Below are positions 1-11,700 of a DNA stretch of 64,000 nt, one piece after another (the first letter of the stretch is position 1; each line of letters begins with the position of its first letter). Origin of the DNA: Octopus bimaculoides (Eukaryota); NCBI RefSeq assembly GCF_001194135.2, contig NC_068981.1, positions 5,879,535 to 5,943,534 of the forward strand, given 5' to 3'. The translations under genes were made by a program, and so were the position numbers. The notes under the pieces are model-generated. The model did not search any database, was not told the DNA's origin, and saw only the letters and a program-made list of their open reading frames with translations.

Positions 1-880
1 GTTCTTAACGGTCATGGTGGTGGTGGTGGTGGTGGTGGGAATTACCCATGGATACTATCTGCATGCAATAACAACAGTGAAGTCACTGCCATCATTTTTA
101 TTATAAGTATGGGTGGGTGGGTGGCAAATCTAACAATTTTATAAAAACTGGCATTTTGTTGGTTATGAGTATGAGGGATCCAGTTGATCCAATCAATGGA
201 ACAGCCTTCTTGTGAAATTACTGTTTAAGTGGCTGAGCACTCCATGGACATGCAGGCCCTTAATGTAGTTCTCAAAGACATTCAGCATGACACAGAATGT
301 GACAAGACTGACCCGATCCACCCAAATCAGCCAAACTGAGTTCTAGAAGCGCTGAATGTCCCACCCACACTTAACAAACAAACCTCTCACACACTCCACC
401 ACACCAAACCAACCTGCATCTCTTCCTCGCATTTCCACTTCATGTACTATGCTTACCTCCCACTCCCCAATCCTGTGCCCTTGGCCCTGTCTCACTGTAT
501 CATTGCTATCTACTAGCCCCCACCCTGACCTGTGTGTTCCACCCACCCCTAACAAGAAAACTACAACACCTGAAATTTTGATGCAAGGTTTTAATTTATT
601 GAATGCCTTTTTAAAGGCACCTGTGCCAGTGACACATTAAAGGCACCAGGTACACTCTGTAGAATGGTTGGGATTAGGAAGGGCATCCAGCCAAAATAAC
701 CAAACCAAAATGGAGCTTGGTGCAATTCTCCAGTTTATCAGTTCCGGTCAAACCATCTGACTCATGCCAGAATGGAAAGTGCACCCTAAATGATGATGAT
801 GATTGCCTTTGGCTTTTTAATTCCAATAAGGAAGTTTGTATCACAGAGCCAGGATTGGTCTCAAAGAAGGTTTAAAGAGA

Positions 881-931
881 ATATGGTGTAGTGGTTAACC
901 CCAAGATTCCGAGTTCGATTCCAAGCAGTGA

Positions 932-962
<31 letters not shown>

Positions 963-1296
963 TTATTTCTTAATTGCCCACAGGGGGCTAAACATAGAGG
1001 GGACAAACAAGGACAGACAAACGGATTAAGTTGATTACATCGACCCCAGTGTGTAACTGGTACTTATTTAATCGGCCCCAAAAAGATGAAAGGCAAAGTT
1101 GACCTCGGAATAATAATAATATCAAAAAATACCTTAGGAATGAGAACCCAGGTTCGAAATTTCCCCCAGGCACCTGATGAAAGCTGGAGGGTATATCAGC
1201 TGAAACGTTGTGTCAACAACAAACAAGATGAGGACAAATATCCATCAAATGTAAATAATGTACATAATTCCTCATCTCTTAAATATAGAACTGTAG
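881..1296 (+). mobile_element. tRNA-headed SINE with hammerhead-like motif (family H, copy 1), interrupted by another SINE fragment at ~960-1110
   Basis: A-box TGGTGTAGTGG, B-box GAGTTCGATTCC, (AAT)n linker, body matching copies at 37.6-38.0, 43.0-43.8 and 49.9-50.4 kb. Confidence 0.8.
1169..1214 (+). ncRNA. Putative minimal type I hammerhead ribozyme
   Basis: GGCAC-CUGAUGA-A-AGCUG(10-nt loop)CAGCU-GAAAC-GU-U-GUGUC: stem I 5 bp, stem II 5 bp, core nucleotides present, palindromic ACGU in place of stem III. Confidence 0.6.
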
Positions 1297-3017
1297 AATA
1301 TAAAGAATTGTGGGACAGATTTATGGAAGTAGTACAAAGACAAGAGTGTAGTGTGTATGTGTGTGTGTGTGTATAGGGGGTGTTGGTAGTTGGTCAGGCT
1401 TGAAGCTTTGAACTAATAAACATCTTACATAAACAGGTTGAATAACTAATCAGATTTTATCAAGGATAATTATGTGTGTGTGTGGGTGTGTGTTTATCTT
1501 TGTAATAAAAATGTGAAGGTGTACTGTTAATTGTACAAGTGCTACTTGAAAGTCATATTATCTGGTCTAAGTTTACCTTGGAGTACTGGACCTCCTTCAC
1601 CTGAAATTTTTTTATCAGATAATAAAAGAACTACAGTGTGGTTGCTCTGTCTACTAGAAATAACAGCCTGATCGACCTCACATCATCTTGGCTCACGAAG
1701 AACACGTTGGGTAGTATAGTCCTAGATACACTAAAAAAAACAGGATGGTCACGACTGGAATGTCTTGTTCTTATAAGTCTGTTTTTACAAAAGTTTCACT
1801 GAGTGGGGAGAGGGACAGTGTCAGTGACCTTTGACCTGTTCTCCCAGACTGGTGAGGTCAGTACAAGTTGGTCTGTGCCGGGTTAATGTTAGGTCAGGAT
1901 TAAAGAGAGTTGCAGTGGTGGGGAAGAAGGACTGGTAGAGAATTTTGTGTGACATAATGAAAGTGATGGAAAGACAAGAGTCAAATGACGGTGGGTTGGC
2001 CTGGATGGAGAGGCTATACAGATATAACTCAGTGGAGACACACACACACACTCATAATGGGCTTCTATACAGTTTCTCCCTACCAAATTCCCTTCACAAA
2101 ACATTGGTCAATCCACGGCTAGAGTAAAACCTCCTTGCTCAAAATACCCCCATGGATGGGTTGAACCCGGAACCATATGGTTGTGAAGGGAGCTTCTTTA
2201 CCTCACAGCAATGCCTGCATTTATAGAAGTTGTTGCAGAAACAGAAGGGAAGGAATACGTCTGAGGAGCGAGTGTTTGGGAATCGTTTGGTGCGTGGATC
2301 ATTCTCTCAGTTGAACAACTTGTTGGATGTGGTTGAAGTTACCTGTGTAAACACAACAGCTGCTCTGACTCAAAGATGTAGACGATACTGCAGCATGGGC
2401 CTCACTTGAGATCTGTAAAGGAGTCAGCAGCTGATCAGGGTCAAGTATTTCTTAGCTTTGCAGAGGGATCTCGGTCTTTCTGATAGAATATTAGCAATGT
2501 TATACATCTACGTTACCCTGCGCTCGTCAGCGAAAGCAGGGCATTGTAGTCGCTTGCTTTTGTGTTTGCAAAATTACTGGAAAACAGCCAAACGGATTTT
2601 CGCCAAATACGGCAGAAATACTCATTGGCAGAGTGGCTTGAATTCATTATTTTGCTTTGATTATTTTCAAAACAAGCGGACGGGTGAATCAAAATTTATT
2701 AAATAGGCATAAATGATAAGCAGGGGAAATAACTCTCGATGTCATTTTGTTGTAAATTGAATTCGTCTGATAATATATTTATTAAATTAAATTTTATTTT
2801 ATCCTTGTGAAGCCCCCACCTCCTCCGATGCCTTAAAAAAAATTGTCTGTTTTCCATGCAGGCATGGGTTGGATGGTTCAAGAGAAATTGGTGAGCCAGA
2901 AGACTGGGCCAAGCTTNNNNNNNNNNTCCACAGAGTGCACTGGGTGCTTATTTGTGTCGCCACGAAGGATCGTCAGAGATTGTGAGACTTAGCATTTACT
3001 CAAGATTTTATTTATGA

Positions 3018-3330
3018 AGGTGCATGGTTTAGTGGGTTAGGGTATTCGGCTCATGAACATAAGGCCACAAGTTTAACTCCTGGTGGTGTAATGTGGTGTA
3101 TCCTTGAGCAAGACACTTTATTTTGACGTTGCTCCAGTCCACTCAGCCAGCAAAAATGAGTTGTACCTGTATTTCAAAAGGGCCAGCCATGTTACATTCT
3201 GAATCCCCCTGAGAACTACATTAAGGGCATGCATGTCTGTGGAGTACTCGGCCACTTGTACATTAATTTCACGAAGTGGGCTGTTCCGTTGATTGGATCA
3301 ATTGGAACTCTCGTCATCATAATAAACAGA
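3018..3330 (+). mobile_element. Second tRNA-headed SINE family (representative copy)
   Basis: GGTTTAGTGG head, CCTTGAGCAAGACAC core. Other copies: + 46920-47225, 17575-17690; - 170-315, 23060-23365, 52425-52725, 63530-63640. Confidence 0.75.
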
Positions 3331-4936
3331 GTGTCTCTGTTTGTTCTTAGCAGCAAGCTGCAAACATAGATTAACATTGGGCCCTTCAAACTGTGGGACC
3401 CTCCTCTCCCATTAACTCCCCACTGGGCTCTTGTCTTAAGAATGGTGCTGGGTTGTTTTGTTTCCACAAAAGAATGCTGTAAAGATTATTCCAGGTAGAA
3501 ATGGCTTTGGTCTGTGAAAAAACTTGATTGAAGCTGGCAGTATGTTGGTGTGTGAGTAGAGTGGGACTCTATGTGCATGGCTGTGTGTGTGTGTGTGTGT
3601 GTGTGTGAATGTATGGATAAATGTGACTGTGTGTGTGTGTGTGTGTGTGTGTGCACGTGTGTGCACATGTGTGTTTGGTGTGATATTGCCATGTGGTGCG
3701 ATGTTCTGTGCTGGTTTTGTATTGTTTTATCTCTTATCCACTGAACACTATGGAAACTGATGCGTTACAGATTTTACTAACTCTTGTAGTCTGTGAGAAA
3801 GCTACAGCTGGCCAGTGTTCTCTGGTTGAGAAAGTCACTTGATCACCTGCACACCGTTGTAACTGTAATAAAGATATTTATTGCACAGTCAAAGGTCCAA
3901 TCCAGCTGACTGCCAATAGAGACCATGAGACAGAGCTTATCCCTGCAAATAGCTGTAGTATTGTATAGATCAGGGGTCGGCCATAGATAGCCCATCTATT
4001 GCCAATGGACTGTGGCTCATAAGTGGGCCACTGAAGTGTTCTGTGTTGGTCTCAGACTGTCTCTAAAAATGTTTCAAATTTGAGGTAATTGTGTTCCATT
4101 GAGTAGCTGAGAGGTTTTGCTTAGATAATCTTTTGTGACCTGGTTTGTTTAATTTTAGGCCATTTAATCATTCCCAGTAAAAGGTGGTGGTGAGATGTGT
4201 TGGGATATTGTTGTATATTAGATATGATATGATTAACAATGTTGAAGCACGTACATATGCATACACAGGGTTTCTTCTGCAATCTTAAGTATATAATTTG
4301 GAAGACATTATGAAAATGTGTGGTTATTTCCATACATGTAATAAAAACAGCCACTGCACCTGTAACATTAGGTAATGCCCTGACTTGTATACTGTAGTTC
4401 CCCTTCAAATTTGTCCTACCTCCAATTTGTCATCATCAGCCCTAAAATTGTCATCTTCAGTCAAGATTACATTGTCATCTATCTCAACTTCATTATCAAC
4501 AATTTAAATGTTGTCACCATCACTTTTTGTCATCATTAACTTAAAAGCTGACACTGTAGAATGGAACAAATTTCTATTATGGTCAGACATTGGCATCAGT
4601 GATCACTTAACACAGAATTGTAAAAGAATGTAAACATTAAAAAGTTTTGTAAAGGGTTTATAAGTTGTGTATAATAAAAATTGTCACACATTACATTACC
4701 ATAAATATACATACATTCTGTGCTTTAGATGTAAACTACATGCTATATTATACACCCCCACACACATGCAATCGCACACACACACACAACCACACACACA
4801 CACACACACAACCACACACAGCCACACACACACACACAACCACACACACACAACCACACACAGCCACACACACACACACAACCACACANNNNNNNNNNNN
4901 NNNNNNNNNNNNNNNNNNNNNNNNNNNNNNNNNNNN

Positions 4937-4973
<37 letters not shown>

Positions 4974-5560
4974 CAATAAAAACAGCCACTGCAGATATGG
5001 CTGTGTGATAAGAAGCTTGCTTCCCAACCACATGGTTCCAGGTTCGGTCCCACTGCGTGGCACCTTGGGCAAGTGTCTTCTACTTTTGCTTCAGACTAAT
5101 CAAAGCCTTGCGAGTAGGTTTAGTAGATGGAAACTGAAAGAAGCTTATTGCATATATGCGTCTTTGTGTTTGTCCTCACCACCACTTGACAAATGGTGTT
5201 GGTTTGTTTATGTTCCTGTAACTTAGCAGTTTAGCAAGAGAGACTGACAGAATGTGTACCAGGTTCAAAACAAAGTCCTCGGGTCAATTCATTCACCTAA
5301 GATTCTTCAAGGTGTTGCCCCAGTATGGTCACAGTCAAATGATTGAAACAAATAAAAAAGGGAATAGTTAAATAGGGGACAAAAAAACCTCAACAAATGC
5401 ATCTGTCACCCTCTTTTTGTCTCCTATGCCCATGTAAATTGTTCTTGCATATCCAGGGGTCAGTACCATTCCACTTTGAGGAGCCCTGTACGGTCTGTTG
5501 TCTGAACACATTAAAAAGTCTTCAAATCCAAACTTCTTTGCTGTTAAATTCTTCTTGTAG

Positions 5561-5726
5561 GTCTTTGATTGAAGGAGACACAAAAACTGGTTTCACAATC
5601 TTCTGGGCTGACGATGGGCTTGACACAGGACCGATCCTCTTACAGCGACACACCTACATCACCCCTGATGACACAGTGGAAACTTTATACAACCGATTTC
5701 TCTTTCCAGAAGGAATTAAAGCCATG
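5561..5726 (+). CDS. ALDH1L: ALDH1L exon (166 nt) [28 protein letters not shown]...FPEGIKAM
   Basis: ttgtag acceptor, gtaaat donor; contains the hydrolase catalytic Asp motif GLDTG. Confidence 0.96.
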
Positions 5727-8700
5727 GTAAATATTAAAAATATGTTATATCATCATCATCATTGCCATAATTTATGTTGCTGCACTGGCATTGGTTGGAT
5801 GGTTTGACTGGATTTGATGGGTCCAAAGACTTCAACATGTGCCAATGTTTGCTTTGGAATGATTTCTACAGCTGGATGTCCTTCCTAACCACCAACTACT
5901 AATAATATTCTCAGTGCATTTATGACTCCAGTATTAGAGAGGTTGTCATGGCCTAAGCAAGACTAAAGAAATATCCCTGATCTCAGTTTGTTTCCATTCA
6001 AAATGGTAATCAATTTACTCAAGCTACCATTTGCAATTTAGTATAACAAGCATCAAAATGATGGTACCAATGGAGGCTGCACTGTTTAATATTTCTACAT
6101 TTGGGTTTTAGTGCATTTTTTTTCTTTTGAGGTCTCCATTTCCTTCCACTGCCCAGTCTCTTTGATAACCTCTCATCTCCCCATCGTTCCACTCTCTCCT
6201 CTTTACAAACACACTGTTTCTATCTGACTTACCATTCTTTTGCACAGCTAACCATTACTCACTCTCTCCTGGGTTCCTTGTGGTTGCTGTCCATCAACCT
6301 TTCTTACCATCCCCTATCTCTATCACTATCCATCACTTGCTCTCTCTCTCTTCCTAGAAAACCTGTAACTACCATCACTGTCCATTTCCCACAGACTCCT
6401 ACTATCACTGTCTCTCTTCCATTACACCATCTGTCTCTCATTACTTCCTATCTTCATTGCAATTCTTTCATTAATCCCTGACATCATTATCTCTCTCCCA
6501 TTACTCCATACCATCACTTCCCCTCTCTCTATTACTCCCTGTCATCATTCTCTCTTCTATGACTCTCTCCTCTATCACCCTCTCAGACCAGCCACTCATT
6601 TTTACCACTCCCTCATCCTTGTTTATTTTCTATCCTCACTCTCTCTCTCTCTATTCACCTGTTTCAATCAAGTCACCTTCAACAAATGGAGGCAAAACAG
6701 AGTAGCAAGGACTCAGTTTAGTCTTATTTATCAATTAACATTTAATTATATAATTAAATGTTAATTATATAATTAAAATGAAATCAAATGGAAATTGTAG
6801 TTGTGGTCCCCATGCCGGTAGCATATAAAAGGCACCATCCGAACGTGGTCAATGCCAGCCCCCTTGCCCCGACTGGCTTCTGTGCCAGTAGCACATAAAA
6901 AGCACCATCCAATCATAGTTGATGCCAGCCCCCTCTGGCCCCTGTGCTGGTGGCATGTAAAAAGTACCCAGTACACTCTTGGAGCGGTTGGTGTTAGGAA
7001 TGGCATCCAGCTGTAGAAACACTGCCAGATCAGATTGGAACCTGGTGCAGCTGCTGTCTCTCCAGACCTCAGTCAAACCGTCCAACCCATGCCAGCATGG
7101 AAAACGGACGTTAAACAATGATGATGATGATGATGATTTCTCTTTATTTTTTTTCTGTCTGTTCTGTTGAAATCTCATTTTTTATTTTTTTTTTTTTAAA
7201 TTTCTTTTCATCTAAATTTTCTTAGGACTATGCTGTGAAACTCATTTCTGAAAACCGGGCCCCTAAAATTATTCAGCCAGAAGAAGGAGCAAGTTATGAA
7301 GCACTTTTGAAAAAATCCCTTGTTAAAGTAAGAATTTCTTTTCTAAATATCATTTTTTGGAGGGCAGGAGGGGATTTTCAACTGAATATTTAAATCCTAT
7401 TATTGAGATTCACCATTTGAAAAAAAAAAAAAAAAAGCATTATTTCATTTTCTCTTGTAAGTTTATAAAATTCTTGACATTAATTATTATTGTTGTTGTT
7501 GTTGTTGTTGTGGTGAGCTGGCAGAACTGTTAGCATGGTGAGCAAAATGCTTCATGTTCTGAGGTTGATTTTTGTCTTTCATTCCTTTGGAGTTGGTAAA
7601 ATAAATACCAGGCAAATACTGCGGTTGATGGACTCGACTTACCCGCTCCCCTCAAAGTGTCGGCCTTGTGCCAAACTTTGAAATTGATATATTCAAGTAT
7701 AAACACTTTTACTTTACCATAAAATTAGAGTGTGAATCTCTTTGGTGGATTCTCACTGATTACAAGGATTCCAGTAAAAAATTCTAGACATTTGGTGTTT
7801 GACTTAAAAGAAATAATCAGCTGTCTTTCTATTTCAGATAAACTGGGATCAACCAGCAGAAGCTATTCATAATTATATTCGAGGTAACGACAAAGTTCCT
7901 GGAGCTTGGGCCATGATCGATGGACAGGTAGGTCTATGACACTTAATGAGAGAGTGAATTCTGACATGCATGATATATATTAGGTGACCCCCAAGAAGAC
8001 TTATGCCACAAGGTCATCAATAGAAGATTGAGGTCATAGAAGTCCACAGGAAGAATTAGGCTGTGAGATTGTCACTAGAAGACTTACAGCATCGGGGAGT
8101 GATCGCTAGAAGACTTACGGCATGCAAACACACACACACATTTTGTCACACATATGTATCTACAATGGGCTTGTTTCAATGAGAAGAATTCTCAACACAT
8201 GTTGTAGAGGAAGGTATAGCTTTTTTTATATTTATTGGAATTGAATGTTTGTCTCATTCTTGAGTTTCATGCCACTGAAATCTTCAGGCAAGAACTGTTA
8301 CAACTTGATATTGGTGATGTATTTATATCCTTTGGTGTGTGGTTCAGTGTCTGTGTTTGTTCATTGGATTGTGTTTCTCATTTATTCATTTGCTGATGTT
8401 ATTTGCATTTATAGTTATCGATTTTTCAGACACAATATATCTAATGTAACCTTCCTTTTTGAAGATAGTAGGATGTGATTTGAGGGAAATTTGGTTGCTA
8501 TTTCCTGCAGCTTTGGTTAACAATCACATAGAGATGCCTTTAGCTCAAATCACCAACTGTTTTTACTAGCTGTCATTATACATATTGAGTCCACTTTGGC
8601 ATAATATAGTGCTATAATTAGATAATTAGAACTCTAATTAACCAATCATACTCCATGCCATCTTTTTCAGCTATGCACACTGAGCCAATGTCACAGCTAT

Positions 8701-11700
8701 TGGACACATTGCCAGTAGTTTGACACTCCAGTGACTCACCTGCTTTTAAAACTGGATGTTTTGAAAAGAGGAATTTGTTGTGTTCTATTAAAATGTCTGC
8801 TGTGAATACAAAATGGGAAATGGAAGACAAAGGACGACCTGTTGAAAATATCTTGTGACCTTAGGAGTGAATTTAGTTCATCTCTTCTGTGAAGATAAAG
8901 CAACAAAAGACTGATTATAAATCATGTGATGAGAATAGATAATGAGAGCTAAGGTTAACGAATGGCGTGAGCTTTTGACAGACAAAGCACTCCACAGAAT
9001 TTGATTTGGGCCAAGTGACAATTTCATCTCCTACAACACACCCACACATGACAGAAGTTTGAAGTTGTCTTACAATAGAAATGTTTGAAAGAGGTCAGGG
9101 TATTTAAAATAAATAAACACAAAATATAAATGATAAAAGATAACTGTTGGGTGGAATGTCGATAATATGGAATTCTTATTTGTTTTGGCAATTTTAATTT
9201 AGATCACTTTAACCCTTTTGTTACCATATTTCTATTGAAATACACTTCTTTTGTTTCAATTAATTTTGAAAATAAAGAATTTAGTAAAAAAAAAAATGTT
9301 GTTATAAATAATTAAGTTAGCGTTTAGAACTTAAATTAACATGGAATTTTGACGAACCATTTTAATTTAGATCACTTTAACCCCTTTTGCTACCATATTC
9401 TGTTGAACTACTCTGATTCCTTTTTTCAATTAATTAAAAAAAAAAATAATCCAGTAAAATAAGTTTCTCATTAAGAATCTGGTGTTTGGAATATAAATTG
9501 ACACAAAATTTTGATGAAAAGTTTTGATAAAGGTCATTTTAAAATGGGAAATTTGTATCATAGAATCAGGGGTGGTGGTCTCTGGTGGGTTGGTATTTAA
9601 AGGGTTGTCATGGGTTGGATGCTAAGCAGCTGATCTCTACAACAGTGCATGACTTTTGTTCCCTGTGCCATTAGACAATATCTGGCCCGTTTTGCTTATG
9701 CTGGGGTTGCTGTTTTTATTGGAATGTTCCAACAGTATTCTGGTGTGCCTATGGAACAGATGTCGGGACAATCCTAACACCACATTTTACATGTGTGCGT
9801 GTGTGTGCAGGTTGTATATGTAATATGTTTTTTTCACTTTGAATATATATATATATTCAGAAAATCCAGAAAATGGATAAGTAGCATTAATATAATTTAT
9901 TAACTACAAAAATTCAACATATTCTCTTACAGCTGTTTCGATTTTGCCCAAACAGATGTTTCGAGATGCTTTGGAAGAATAACATGTAATAACATAACGA
10001 TATGTCTTTTTTACTCTCCTGACAAGATTTTGACCAATAAAATGTTTTAATTACTGGAATTTAACTTTTGGGAAAACTCAAAATAGATATAAGAGAACAT
10101 GTTGAATTTTTGTAGTAAATAAACTATATTAATGCTACTTCTCCACTTTCTGAATTTGAATTTGAATATTTATAAACCAAGATTTTTATTTAAACCTATT
10201 ATTTTAGGAATATCATTATTATTCACAACAAAATAATGGGTAACAAACCAGTAATTCATTGGATATTTTCTTTCCCTTAAGGTGGTTTTCTTAACCCCTA
10301 TTTANNNNNNNNNNNNNNNNNNNNNNNNNNNNNNNNNNNNNNNNNNNNNNNNNNNNNNNNNNNNNNNNNNNNNNNNNNNNNNNNNNNNNNNNNNNNNNNN
10401 NNNNNNNNNNNNNNNNNNNNNNNNNNNNNNNNNNNNNNNNNNNNNNNNNNNNNNNNNNNNNNNNNNNNNNNNNNNNNNNNNNNNNNNNNNNNNNNNNNNN
10501 NNNNNNNNNNNNNNNNNNNNNNNNNNNNNNNNNNNNNNNNNNNNNNNNNNNNNNNNNNNNNNNNNNNNNNNNNNNNNNNNNNNNNNNNNNNNNNNNNNNN
10601 NNNNNNNNNNNNNNNNNNNNNNNNNNNNNNNNNNNNNNNNNNNNNNNNNNNNNNNNNNNNNNNNNNNNNNNNNNNNNNNNNNNNNNNNNNNNNNNNNNNN
10701 NNNNNNNNNNNNNNNNNNNNNNNNNNNNNNNNNNNNNNNNNNNNNNNNNNNNNNNNNNNNNNNNNNNNNNNNNNNNNNNNNNNNNNNNNNNNNNNNNNNN
10801 NNNNNNNNNNNNNNNNNNNNNNNNNNNNNNNNNNNNNNNNNNNNNNNNNNNNNNNNNNNNNNNNNNNNNNNNNNNNNNNNNNNNNNNNNNNNNNNNNNNN
10901 NNNNNNNNNNNNNNNNNNNNNNNNNNNNNNNNNNNNNNNNNNNNNNNNNNNNNNNNNNNNNNNNNNNNNNNNNNNNNNNNNNNNNNNNNNNNNNNNNNNN
11001 NNNNNNNNNNNNNNNNNNNNNNNNNNNNNNNNNNNNNNNNNNNNNNNNNNNNNNNNNNNNNNNNNNNNNNNNNNNNNNNNNNNNNNNNNNNNNNNNNNNN
11101 NNNNNNNNNNNNNNNNNNNNNNNNNNNNNNNNNNNNNNNNNNNNNNNNNNNNNNNNNNNNNTCATCATGTGTAACAATCTATAATAATAAATGGCAAGTT
11201 GGTGTGTTTGTGAATTTCTTACTTTAACTCCTCCAAGACTGTCCAACAGACTTTGATGAAAGTTGACACTCTTGGAATTTTTAAAAAATTGATTTTTAAT
11301 CAGCATCGGCATTTTTCACACTGGCCTCCATGACATCAATTTAATGCAAAATGCCGAAATTTGACGAAAAATGTTTCATGGATATAACCAGACAGCTTAT
11401 TAATGATAATCTATTCAGCATTTGCTAATTTTTCATTTCAATGCAAATTGTTTTGATTTGCTAAAACTTATTATTTCAATTCGTTGTTTTAATTCCTCAG
11501 CATTTCAGGTTTTGATCAGGCAAGAGCGTTTAGTTTCTCAAGAAAAATTAAGGCATTTTGTGCACCAGCTATCATGACCTCGATTTAGAAAAAATCTGCC
11601 CCAAAGTGTAAAATTTCACCATTTTACGCACATGCACAAAAATGACAACGACACTGGTTCGCTACCAGACTCTGCTTATTTTTTCGTCAAATTGGTCCTA

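Noticed and set aside
3970-4040. CAGGGGTCGGCCA hAT-like left end (and a lone right end TTTGGGAACCCCTG at ~30469-30482)
   Set aside because: No matching partner TIR or TSD found, so no element could be delimited.
3436-5072. His/Thr- and Cys/Val-rich ORFs (also at 19-20, 24, 31, 33, 39 and 53 kb)
   Set aside because: Translations of (CA)n/(TG)n microsatellites and SINE heads.
8618-8830. 70-aa minus-strand ORF in unique-looking sequence
   Set aside because: No recognisable motif or splice context; the length is within chance expectation.
9650-9778. 42-codon ORF ([15 protein letters not shown]...) considered as the missing ALDH1L exon
   Set aside because: No resemblance to the expected hydrolase segment, ends in a stop, and lacks suitable splice sites.
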